From: Gemmatimonadota bacterium
GTDB lineage: Bacteria > Gemmatimonadota > Gemmatimonadetes > Palauibacterales > Palauibacteraceae
DNA length: 64,000 bases
Reading direction: 5' to 3'
NCBI GenBank assembly: GCA_965116475.1
Contig: OZ220691.1
Span: 608,001 to 672,000, forward strand
Part shown: piece after piece, positions 38,494 through 46,662 of the stretch
Layout: every line of letters begins with the position of its first letter
Position numbering within the stretch: the stretch's first letter is position 1
The notes under the pieces: model-generated
What the model saw: only the letters and a program-made list of their open reading frames with translations
Databases searched by the model: none
What the model was told of the DNA's origin: nothing
Made by a program: the position numbers and the translations under genes

Positions 38494-39766
38494 AAGGGGT
38501 GGCGTTGGCGGCGGCCCACGGGTGAACGATCCGGAGGGCCAGCCCGCCGGCGCCGTCGTCCTGCCACTGGACCTGCAACCCTTTGAGCCCGCGCTGGGCG
38601 CCGGCCTCCGCGTCGCCGATGGGGGAGACCTCGTACGGACCCGCGATGGTCCCGGTCCGGGCCGAGAACAGGAAGTCGCGGAGCGCGCCGCGGTTGGGTC
38701 CGCCCGTCCCGGACATCGTCTGGTCGAGCCCTTCGGCTACGAGTTCCACGGCCGCGAAGCCACCCGCCGCGTGGTACCCCGGCGTCGTGCCGTACGCCGC
38801 CTGGTAGCGGCCGACGAAGGTGGCGTTGTCCGCGATGAACCCGGCCGTCTCGAGGGCCGGGTGCCACGGCGAGTTGCCGGCGACGCACCGCGCGGCCTGC
38901 CGCACGTCTTCGACGAAGTGCTGCTGACCGGGCCCGATGATCAGGCTCATGAGGACCGGCCTGTAGCCCACGGCGGGCGCCGCGGCGGCGAAGCCGGCGG
39001 CATCGGCCGAGTAGCCGCCGCCGATGAAGAGGTCCGCACCGGCGTCGCGTGCCGCGGCGGCGATCGCTGTGTGGTCGGCCGCCCCGACGTCATAGGACCG
39101 GTCCAGCACGATCTCCAGTCCGTGGCGGCGGACCGCTTCGCGCACACCCTCGGCGACCGACGACGGAAACGGGGAGTTCTCGTACACGATCGCCGCGGTC
39201 CGGGCCCCGCCGAACAGGGCCACCTCCACGGAACCCTGCAGGTAGGCCGGTCCCGGCGTCAGCAACTGGACGCTCCATTGCCGCTGCCGCCCGGACCAGA
39301 TCGAGGGCGCCGCCGCAGCCGGCGCGACCATCGGGACGCCGGCGGCCTCGTTCACGGCGAGGACGGTTTCCGTGATCGGGCTGCTGTAGGGCCCCAGCAG
39401 CGCCTCGACCGTGCCGGAGGCGATGAGTTCCGCGTACAGGCGCGCGCTCGTCTGGGCATCGCTCCCGTCGTCGCGAAGCTCCAGTTGCACCGGCCGGCCG
39501 CGAATCCCCCCCTTCTCGTTGAGGATCTCGACGGCGAGACGGTACCCGCGCACGACTTCGATCCCCTCCACGCCGTGCCGCCCGGTCTCGGAGATGGCCG
39601 CCGCCAGCGTGATCGGCGCCCCGTCCGAACCCGGCTCCGGCCCCGTGGGGTCCGCCGGGTCGTCCACGCACGCGGCCGCGACCAGAACCAGTGTCAGGAA
39701 GCCTGCGGCAAAACCGGCCGTGCGACCGGCGCGATGTACCCGGTATGTATCCGTACTGAGTCCCAT
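38480..39766 (-). CDS. Branched-chain amino acid-type ABC substrate-binding lipoprotein (LivJ-like), stand-alone
   Basis: Lipobox VAAAC; SETG, NEKGGI.GR.V.L...DD.SD, LLGPYSS, QWQ. Confidence 0.82.
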   Translation of the reverse strand: MGLSTDTYRVHRAGRTAGFAAGFLTLVLVAAACVDDPADPTGPEPGSDGAPITLAAAISETGRHGVEGIEVVRGYRLAVEILNEKGGIRGRPVQLELRDDGSDAQTSARLYAELIASGTVEALLGPYSSPITETVLAVNEAAGVPMVAPAAAAPSIWSGRQRQWSVQLLTPGPAYLQGSVEVALFGGARTAAIVYENSPFPSSVAEGVREAVRRHGLEIVLDRSYDVGAADHTAIAAAARDAGADLFIGGGYSADAAGFAAAAPAVGYRPVLMSLIIGPGQQHFVEDVRQAARCVAGNSPWHPALETAGFIADNATFVGRYQAAYGTTPGYHAAGGFAAVELVAEGLDQTMSGTGGPNRGALRDFLFSARTGTIAGPYEVSPIGDAEAGAQRGLKGLQVQWQDDGAGGLALRIVHPWAAANATPCYMR

Positions 39767-39798
39767 GAATATCGCCTCGAAACTTGAGGACAGTTCTG

Positions 39799-40488
39799 TT
39801 AACGCAACGTCACTTCGTCACCGTCCAGGGTGCGGATCCCCGCCACGAGCGCGGGCTCCGGCCCCTCGTCCACTTCGAGCGCCAGGTCCAGCGACGCGAG
39901 GGTGGATCGTACCGCGGCGGGGTCCGGATGTTCAGCCCGGAACGAGATGAGCCGCCCGCCCGGCGGCGTCGCGCGGGCCGGGTGCGGCGTCGTTCCCCAG
40001 TCGATGAAGAAAGGTACGAGACCTTCGTGCAGGACGGCGGTGAAGGCCGTGATCTCCCAGCTCAGCTCGGTGCCGTCCGGCCGGAGCCGCGAGCCGGGCC
40101 GCACCGGGCCCAGCGGCACGCCTCGGCTCGACGCCCGTGCGGCGAGCGCCTCGAGGTCGGTTCCGCGGGCCGCCCACGTGACGAGCCGGGGCTCGGCGAG
40201 TCCCTCGATCCCGAACGGGAGCGGCTCGTCCCGCGGAGGCGCTTCGGGGTCCGGACCGAGGATCTCCAGGTAGATGTCGCCCCCGAGCGAGAGGAGATGG
40301 TTCGCGGTCCCGAGGTTCTCGTGGCGGCCGCCGAACGCGGCTTCGACGCCGAGCCGCTCGGCGACCCACGCCACCCCTTCCTCGAGGTCGGTGGTCCCCA
40401 GCAGCAGATGGTCGAGATTCGGCGGAACGGCCGGCGCGGCCGGCGCACCCGGTCCGCCCGGTGGCAGTGTCGGCGGGAGCATGGCCAC
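39799..40488 (-). CDS. VOC/glyoxalase-like domain protein
   Basis: LDHLL...DL..G......LG....GG.H...GT.N.L..LG...YLEI; PFFIDWG. Confidence 0.85.
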   Translation of the reverse strand: MAMLPPTLPPGGPGAPAAPAVPPNLDHLLLGTTDLEEGVAWVAERLGVEAAFGGRHENLGTANHLLSLGGDIYLEILGPDPEAPPRDEPLPFGIEGLAEPRLVTWAARGTDLEALAARASSRGVPLGPVRPGSRLRPDGTELSWEITAFTAVLHEGLVPFFIDWGTTPHPARATPPGGRLISFRAEHPDPAAVRSTLASLDLALEVDEGPEPALVAGIRTLDGDEVTLR

Positions 40489-40493
40489 TTCCG

Positions 40494-41066
40494 TCAGCCT
40501 CCCTCGTCTTCGAGTTCCAGGTCTTCGAGTTCGACGCCGAGCCCGTCGGCGATCCGGTTCACGAACGCATAGTAGGCGGTGACGGCGCAGATATCGTGGA
40601 TCGCGCGATCATCGAACCCGTGCGCCTTCAATCCGTCGACCGCGGATCCGTGCTCGCCGCCCGGGTCGAGCGTCAGCCGCGCGGCGTAGTCGAGCATCGC
40701 CCGGTCGGCCTCGTCCAGTTCGGCCGTCCCATGGTCCGTCGCGAGGGCGGTGATGAGGCGTTCGTGCGCCTCGTTGGAGCCGCCGGCGCCGGTCGCGTCG
40801 GGCAGACGGTCGAGCAGGCGACGGAGACCCTCTCCGTGATGGACAATTCAGTAGCGGCAGGCGTTGAGCCCCGACACGACGACCGCAATCATCTCCCGCT
40901 GGATCCGGGTCAGCGGCCCCGGCCCGTACATGAGTTCGCGGTAGAGATCGTAGTGGAGCCGGATGACGCGGCTGTGGACGCCGTGGATACGGATGATGTT
41001 GTCGTCGTCCGCGACGCGGTCCTCCTCGGGGATCCCCGCCGGATCCGGGTAGTCGATGAAGGCCAC
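40494..41066 (-). CDS. AhpD/CMD-like peroxidase-related selenoprotein (C-R-Y-U motif; Sec at TGA 40848-40850), 190 aa
   Basis: ORFs 40848-41066 and 40494-40697 are in one frame. The only interruption is a TGA at the second Cys position of EMIAVVVSGLNAC-R-Y-U-IVHH. The C-terminus reads YYAFVNRIADGLG, and a SECIS-like hairpin follows the TGA. Confidence 0.85.
40821..40837 (-). promoter_or_regulatory. Candidate bacterial SECIS hairpin ACGGAGA-GGG-UCUCCGU
   Basis: Perfect 7-bp stem with a G-rich apical loop starting 10 nt after the UGA. Confidence 0.7.
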
Positions 41067-41068
41067 GG

Positions 41069-42289
41069 TCAGTGCTCGTCCGAGTCGGGTTCGCGGCCGG
41101 CCGACAGGATGCGGGCGACTTCCTCCACGTCCTTGTCGCCCCGGCCGCTGAGACAGATGACGACGCGGCTCCCCGCCCAGCGCGCGGCTTCCCGCCGCAG
41201 GCCCGCCAGCGCGTGGGCGCTCTCGAGCGCCGGGATCAGCCCCTCGAGCCGGCAGAGGTCCCGGAACGCCGCGAGGGCCTCCTCATCCGTCACCGATTCG
41301 TAGCGGACCTGTCCCGTCTCCTTGAGCCACGAATGCTCCGGGCCGACGCCGGGATAGTCGAGGCCGGCGGACACGGAGTGGGCGGGAACGACCTGCCCGT
41401 CCTCGTCCTGGAGCAGGTAGCTGTAGTTGCCGTGAAGCACCCCGGGCTCGCCGGCCGTGAGCGAGGCGGAGTGCCGGCCCGTCTCGACGCCGTGCCCCGC
41501 CGCCTCCACGCCGACGAGGGCGACGCGCGCCCCCGCCGCGACCTCACGGTTGCGCTCGATGAAGGGGGTGAAGATGCCGATCGCGTTGGAGCCGCCGCCC
41601 ACGCAGGCGAAGACCGCGTCCGGCTCCACGCCGCGGTCGGCGAGTTGCCCGACCGTCTCGTCGCCGATCACGCGCTGGAAGTCGCGCACAAGTTCCGGAT
41701 AGGGCGCGGGGCCGACGACGGAGCCGATGATGTAGTGCGTCGTGTCCACGTTCGTGACCCAGTCGCGGATCGCCTCGTTCGTCGCGTCCTTGAGCGTCCG
41801 GCTCCCGCTCGACACCGGGATGACCTCGGCGCCCAGCATCTCCATGCGCTCGACGTTGAGCGCCTGCCGGCGCATGTCCTCCTCGCCCATGTAGACGGCG
41901 CACTCGAAGTCGAGCGCCGCGCAGGCCGTGGCCGTCGCCACGCCGTGCTGGCCCGCGCCCGTCTCGGCGATGATCCGGGCCTTGTTCATGCGTTTCGCGA
42001 GCAGCGCCTGGCCGATCGTGTTGTTGATCTTGTGGGCGCCCGTGTGGTTGAGATCCTCGCGCTTCAGCCACAGGTCGAGCCCGAGGTCCGCCCCCAGGCG
42101 CGGCGCCCGGTAGAGCGGCGTCGGCCGTCCCACGTAGTGCGCGAGGCTGGCATCGAGCGCCGCCCGGAAGGCGGGATCGTCGCGGGCTTCGGCCCATGCA
42201 GCGGTGAGTTCATCGAGCGCCGGGATCAACGTCTCGGGCACGAACTGCCCGCCGAAGTCGCCGAACCAGCCGGGGGCCGGGCTGCTCAT
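41069..42289 (-). CDS. trpB: Tryptophan synthase beta chain
   Basis: [53 protein letters not shown]. Confidence 0.96.
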   Translation of the reverse strand: MSSPAPGWFGDFGGQFVPETLIPALDELTAAWAEARDDPAFRAALDASLAHYVGRPTPLYRAPRLGADLGLDLWLKREDLNHTGAHKINNTIGQALLAKRMNKARIIAETGAGQHGVATATACAALDFECAVYMGEEDMRRQALNVERMEMLGAEVIPVSSGSRTLKDATNEAIRDWVTNVDTTHYIIGSVVGPAPYPELVRDFQRVIGDETVGQLADRGVEPDAVFACVGGGSNAIGIFTPFIERNREVAAGARVALVGVEAAGHGVETGRHSASLTAGEPGVLHGNYSYLLQDEDGQVVPAHSVSAGLDYPGVGPEHSWLKETGQVRYESVTDEEALAAFRDLCRLEGLIPALESAHALAGLRREAARWAGSRVVICLSGRGDKDVEEVARILSAGREPDSDEH

Positions 42290-42915
42290 TTCGCGGCCGC
42301 CAGGAATTCGAGGATGAGGTCGAGCGACTTCTCCCCCGGAGCCCGCTCGACGCCCGAGGAGACATCGACGATGTCCGGACGCACGTCCCGGATCGCGCGC
42401 GCCACGTTGTCCGCGTTCAGCCCGCCCGCGAGCGCGAGCCCGCACCCGTCCCGTTCCAGCTCCGCCAGCCACTCGTGGGGGAAGCCCGTCCCGGTGCCGC
42501 CGGGTCCGCGCGGCGAGAACCCCTCCACGAGGATCGCGTCCGCCGCCTCCCGGTACTCGTCCCACCCCCGGGCCAGCGCGTCGCTCGACGTGGGCCGGAG
42601 GCCCTTCCAGACGTCCAGCCCCTCGTCGCGCAGGCGGTCGCAGAGTTCGGGCGGCTCGGAGCCGGCGAGCTGCGCGACGTGGAACTCCGCGATGTCCCGT
42701 TTGACGAGGATCTCCGCCGGGCCCGCGTCCACGAACACCCCCACGGCGCGCGTGCCGCCTTCGAGCGCCTCCACGACCCCGGCGGCTTCCCCGGCCGTGA
42801 TCTCCCGCACCCGGCCGGCGAACACCACGCCCACGTAGTCCGCGCCGGCGCGGGAGGTGGCCGTGGCGTGCCGGGGCTCCCGGAGACCGCAGATCTTCAC
42901 CCTGGCCCGGCTCAT
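42286..42915 (-). CDS. trpF: Phosphoribosylanthranilate isomerase
   Basis: VKICGL, VGVFV, GGTG, LAGGL...[13 protein letters not shown]. Confidence 0.92.
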   Translation of the reverse strand: MSRARVKICGLREPRHATATSRAGADYVGVVFAGRVREITAGEAAGVVEALEGGTRAVGVFVDAGPAEILVKRDIAEFHVAQLAGSEPPELCDRLRDEGLDVWKGLRPTSSDALARGWDEYREAADAILVEGFSPRGPGGTGTGFPHEWLAELERDGCGLALAGGLNADNVARAIRDVRPDIVDVSSGVERAPGEKSLDLILEFLAAAK

Positions 42916-43763
42916 GGCGCGCCGTCTCCGTCGGCCGCGGCGTCGGCGCCGGCCGGCTGCATCCGGCCGCTCCGGGGCCGCCGGGGATGGCCGACGAGCG
43001 CCTCGACCCCCGCCGCCGGATCGCCCGCCATCAGCCAGCCGCCGACCAGCACCGCGTCCGACCCCGCTGAGCCCGCCGCCGCCGCGTCCTCCGCGGACCG
43101 GATCCCGCTCTCCGCTACGGCCACGACATCCGCCGGAAGCGCCTCGATCAAGCTCAGCGAGCGCGCGAGGTCCACCTCGAAGGTCGCCAGGTCCCGCGCG
43201 TTCACGCCGACGATCCGGGCCCCGGCTTCGAGCGCCCTCCCGATCTCCTCCTCCTCGTGGGCCTCCACGAGCGCCGCGAGGCCGAGGTCGTCCGCGAGTT
43301 CGAGCAGTTCCCGCAGCCGGGCGTCGGCGAGCGCGCGCACGATGAGCAGGATCGCATCCGCGCCCGCGGCCCGCGCCTCGTACAACTGGACGGGATCTAG
43401 CGTGAAATCCTTGCGGAGGACGGGAACCCCCACGGCGTCCTTCGCCGACCTCAGATCGTCCAGCGAGCCGCCGAAGTAGCGTTCATCCGTGAGGACCGAA
43501 ATCGCGGCCGCCCCCCCGGAGGCGTACACGCTCGCCACGCCCGCCGCCTGGGCGTACGGGTTGATGTCGCCGGCGGAGGGCGAACGGCGCTTGAACTCCG
43601 CGACGACGGAGACTTCCCCGGGTCGGCGCAGGGACGCCTCGAAACCGCGCGGGGGCGGGGCTCCCTCCGCCTGCGCGCGAATCGCGCTCCGGAACAACTG
43701 GAGCCGCGCGACCTCTTCCCGCTTCGCCGCGAGGATCTCGTCGAGAATCGTGTCGTGTGCCAT
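42912..43763 (-). CDS. trpC: Indole-3-glycerol phosphate synthase
   Basis: [43 protein letters not shown]. Confidence 0.94.
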   Translation of the reverse strand: MAHDTILDEILAAKREEVARLQLFRSAIRAQAEGAPPPRGFEASLRRPGEVSVVAEFKRRSPSAGDINPYAQAAGVASVYASGGAAAISVLTDERYFGGSLDDLRSAKDAVGVPVLRKDFTLDPVQLYEARAAGADAILLIVRALADARLRELLELADDLGLAALVEAHEEEEIGRALEAGARIVGVNARDLATFEVDLARSLSLIEALPADVVAVAESGIRSAEDAAAAGSAGSDAVLVGGWLMAGDPAAGVEALVGHPRRPRSGRMQPAGADAAADGDGAP

Positions 43764-43832
43764 GGGCGCCAAGCTGCGACCGCCGCTATCCCGCCGCAAA
43801 ACCTCGGCGGCCGCGCCGGTTCGCGTGGAAGG

Positions 43833-43875
43833 TTGCGCTTCGGTGCATGTTCGGGTACATTCGGGTATCCTTCGG
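43833..43875 (+). promoter_or_regulatory. lexA sigma70 promoter (TTGCGC-N17-TACATT) overlapped by four TTCGG direct repeats (candidate LexA operator)
   Basis: -35 at 43833-43838 and -10 at 43856-43861. TTCGG at 43839, 43850, 43860 and 43871. Confidence 0.65.
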
Positions 43876-43932
43876 CCCGCCGCAAGCGTCTGGGCGGGCG
43901 CGGTGCGGAACCTGCGAGCGGAGTGAGAAACG

Positions 43933-44541
43933 ATGGCGCTTACGAAGCGACAGCGGGAGATGCTGGACTTCCTCGAGGGCTTCATCCGGTTCCGCGGGTA
44001 TTCCCCGAGCTTCGAGGAGATCGCGGAGGAGTTCGGCTACCGCTCGCTGGCGACGGTGCACGAACACCTTCAGAACCTGCAGGCGAAGGGGTATATCCGA
44101 AAGAACTACAATGAGAGTCGGTCGGTCGAACTGGTGGAGGGAAAGCTCCAGGTCGCCGCGGTCGAACTGCCGCTGTACGGCAACGTGGCGGCGGGTCAGC
44201 CCATAGAGGTCATCGAGGAGCAGGAGACGGTCTCCGTCCCCGAAGACATGATCGCGGGCTCCCTGAGCGAACACTATGTGCTTCGGGTGCGCGGCGATTC
44301 GATGATCGACGAACAGATCCGCGACGGCGACTACGTCATCGTCCAGTCGCGCGAAACGGCGCACAACGGCGAAATGGTGATCGCGCTCGTCGATGGCGAG
44401 AACGCCACCATGAAGAAGATCTACCTGGAGAAGGGCCGGATCCGGCTTCAGCCCGCGAACCCGGCGCTCACACCGATCTACCTGCACCCATCGCAGGTCA
44501 CGGTCCAGGGCGTGGTGATCGGAGTCATCCGGCGCTACTGA
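43933..44541 (+). CDS. lexA: SOS repressor LexA
   Basis: LTKRQ..GYSPS..EI wHTH, VAAG cleavage site, GDSM serine, TMKK lysine. Confidence 0.96.
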   Translation: MALTKRQREMLDFLEGFIRFRGYSPSFEEIAEEFGYRSLATVHEHLQNLQAKGYIRKNYNESRSVELVEGKLQVAAVELPLYGNVAAGQPIEVIEEQETVSVPEDMIAGSLSEHYVLRVRGDSMIDEQIRDGDYVIVQSRETAHNGEMVIALVDGENATMKKIYLEKGRIRLQPANPALTPIYLHPSQVTVQGVVIGVIRRY

Positions 44542-44542
44542 C

Positions 44543-44668
44543 GCCCTGGACGAAACAACTCACTGCAGTTGACGGAGGACCGCTCTCGACTCCCCGAGAG
44601 TTCCCGTCCCGACGGCCACCCACCTCCCACAATAACCGTCGGGGCGGAGGTTCCCGTCCCGCCAGGGC
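44543..44668. other. Multi-stem structured intergenic element (possible ncRNA or terminator) between convergent lexA and trpD
   Basis: Closing stem GCCCTGG/CCAGGGC encloses three hairpins and a 12-bp direct repeat. Confidence 0.45.
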
Positions 44669-45681
44669 TAGTTTGTCGGTCGAAACGATTGCAGGGATTG
44701 GAGTTGCGCCTCGGCGGCGCCTGAATCGATGGATTGCTCCGCGGCGGCGACGCCGGCGGCGAGGGTGTCCACGGCGCCGGCGGCCCAGAAGGCGGCGGCG
44801 GCGTTGAGCACGACGGCGGCGCGGCCGGCTCCGGCTTCGCGGCCGTCGATGACGCGCCGGACCCGTTCCGCGTTCTCCTCCGGTTCGCCCCCCGCCAGGT
44901 CGGAAGGCGCGTACTCCGGCCAGCCGAAGTCGGAGGGCGCGACCTCGAACTCGGACAGCGTCCCGTTTTCGATGCGGAAGACCCGGGTCGGGCCGAGGGG
45001 GCTCAGTTCGTCCATGCCGGGCTCGCCGTGGACGACGAGGGCGCGCTCGTGGCCAAGTTCGAGGAGGGTGTCGGCGACGAGGCGCTGAAGGTCGGGGTGG
45101 GCGACGCCGACGACCTGCCGCCGGACGCCGGCCGGGTTCGCGAGCGGGCCGAGGAGGTTCATGATCGTGGTCACGCCGAGCGCGGCGCGGACGGGGGCCA
45201 CGTGCCGCATGGCCGGGTGGTGGGCAGGCGCGAACATGAACACGAACCCGGTCTCCTCGAACATCCGCCTCTCGTCCGCGGGAGGGAGTTCGATGGCGAC
45301 GCCGAGGATCTCGAGCACGTCGGCGCTACCGCACTTCGAGGTGAACGAACGGTTTCCGTGCTTCGCGATGCGGACGCCGCCGCCCGCGGCGACGATGGCG
45401 GCCGCGGTCGAGATGTTAAAGGTGGTCAGCGTGCCGCCGCCGGTGCCGCAGGTGTCGATGATGCGGTCGTCGTCCAGGGCGAGCGGGATCATAGCCTTCC
45501 GCAGCGCGCGGACCCCGCCGGCCACCTCGGCGGGCGTTTCCCCGCGCATCCTGAGCGCGGCGAGGAGCGCGGCCATCTCGGCCTGCGTGGCCTCGCCGCT
45601 CATGAAGCGGTCGAAGGCGGCCTCCGCCGCCGCGGCATTGAGCGTCTCGCCGGAGAGGACGCGCCGGATCGTGTTCGTCAC
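44668..45681 (-). CDS. trpD: Anthranilate phosphoribosyltransferase
   Basis: DTCGTGG, FNIST, AKHGNR, GSADVLE, NLLGPL.NP, GMDELS. GTG start at 45681. Confidence 0.94.
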   Translation of the reverse strand: MTNTIRRVLSGETLNAAAAEAAFDRFMSGEATQAEMAALLAALRMRGETPAEVAGGVRALRKAMIPLALDDDRIIDTCGTGGGTLTTFNISTAAAIVAAGGGVRIAKHGNRSFTSKCGSADVLEILGVAIELPPADERRMFEETGFVFMFAPAHHPAMRHVAPVRAALGVTTIMNLLGPLANPAGVRRQVVGVAHPDLQRLVADTLLELGHERALVVHGEPGMDELSPLGPTRVFRIENGTLSEFEVAPSDFGWPEYAPSDLAGGEPEENAERVRRVIDGREAGAGRAAVVLNAAAAFWAAGAVDTLAAGVAAAEQSIDSGAAEAQLQSLQSFRPTN

Positions 45682-45735
45682 CTGGTTTCCCCCTGGTTTC
45701 CTCTCGCCGGTTTCCCCTCGCAACCCGAAAATCGC

Positions 45736-45750
45736 TAGTCTTCGCGGATG
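45736..45750 (+). promoter_or_regulatory. -10 element TAGTCT 6 nt before the truA ATG (candidate leaderless transcript)
   Basis: TAGTCT-tcgcgg-ATG with no Shine-Dalgarno. Confidence 0.4.
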
Positions 45751-46566
45751 TCGGATGCGACCGCCGCGACCGCCCGCTTCCGGGCCACGATCGAGTACGA
45801 TGGGACCTCCTTCCACGGATCCCAACTACAGCCCGAGGCGCGCACCGTCCAGCGCGAGGTGGAGGAGGCGCTCGGGAAACTCTTCAATCGGCCGGTCCGC
45901 ATCGACCTCGCCGGCCGCACGGACGCGGGGGTTCACGCGACGGCGCAGGAGATCGGGTTCGACGCGGCCCACGCCTGGAGTCCGGAGGAACTGGCCCGGG
46001 CGCTCGGGGCCACTCTCCCCGACGATGTCACCGTCCGGAAGGTCAGCCGCGCGGCGTCCGATTTCCATCCGCGCTTCGACGCCGAAGGGCGCCGGTATCG
46101 CTACGTGGTCGCGGAAGGCGGCCTGAGGCAGCCGTTCCTGCGCGACCGCGTCTGGATCCCGCGCTGGCCGCTCGACCGCGAGGCGCTCGCCCGGCTGGCG
46201 GCGGCCATCCCCGGGGAACGGTCGTTCGAGCGCTTCGCCCGCGCCGGGCAGCCGGAGCGGGGGACGCGCTGCCGGGTCGCGAGCGCCGCCTGGAGCTTCG
46301 ACCGTCCGCCCTTCCTCTTCTTCGAGATCGTCGCCGACCGCTTCCTCCACCACATGGTGCGCTACCTCGTGGGGACCGCCGTGGAAATCGCCGCGGGGCG
46401 CCGTCCGTTCGAAGACTTCGAGCGATTGCTGGCGGGAGGCGCGGCATCGAGACCGGTCTTCCCTGCCCCGCCCGGCGGGCTCTACCTGACGGGCGTGCGC
46501 TACGGCGGCGAATGGAATGTCGGTCCCGGGGTCCCCTGGCTCCCGGCCGAAGGACATCGAACGTGA
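45748..46566 (+). CDS. truA: tRNA pseudouridine(38-40) synthase
   Basis: IEYDGT.F.G.Q, AGRTDAGVHA, FHPRF, FLHHMVR, GLYL..V.Y. Confidence 0.94.
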   Translation: MSDATAATARFRATIEYDGTSFHGSQLQPEARTVQREVEEALGKLFNRPVRIDLAGRTDAGVHATAQEIGFDAAHAWSPEELARALGATLPDDVTVRKVSRAASDFHPRFDAEGRRYRYVVAEGGLRQPFLRDRVWIPRWPLDREALARLAAAIPGERSFERFARAGQPERGTRCRVASAAWSFDRPPFLFFEIVADRFLHHMVRYLVGTAVEIAAGRRPFEDFERLLAGGAASRPVFPAPPGGLYLTGVRYGGEWNVGPGVPWLPAEGHRT

Positions 46567-46662
46567 ACCCTGCGGGGTGGTTCGGCGTACAGTTATCCTG
46601 TGGGCGGTCGCCGCGCGTGCCGGCGTGCCGCGCGGGCCTGAGGGTCTCACGAGGGACATGAG

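Noticed and set aside
40494-41066. Interpretation as two small genes or a nonsense pseudogene
   Set aside because: The TGA falls exactly on the catalytic Cys column and is followed by a SECIS-like hairpin, so Sec read-through is more parsimonious.
44538-44575. Hammerhead-ribozyme-like CTGACG...CGAAAC...GTTGAC
   Set aside because: Lacks the CUGANGA core, stem II and a proper NUH cleavage triplet.
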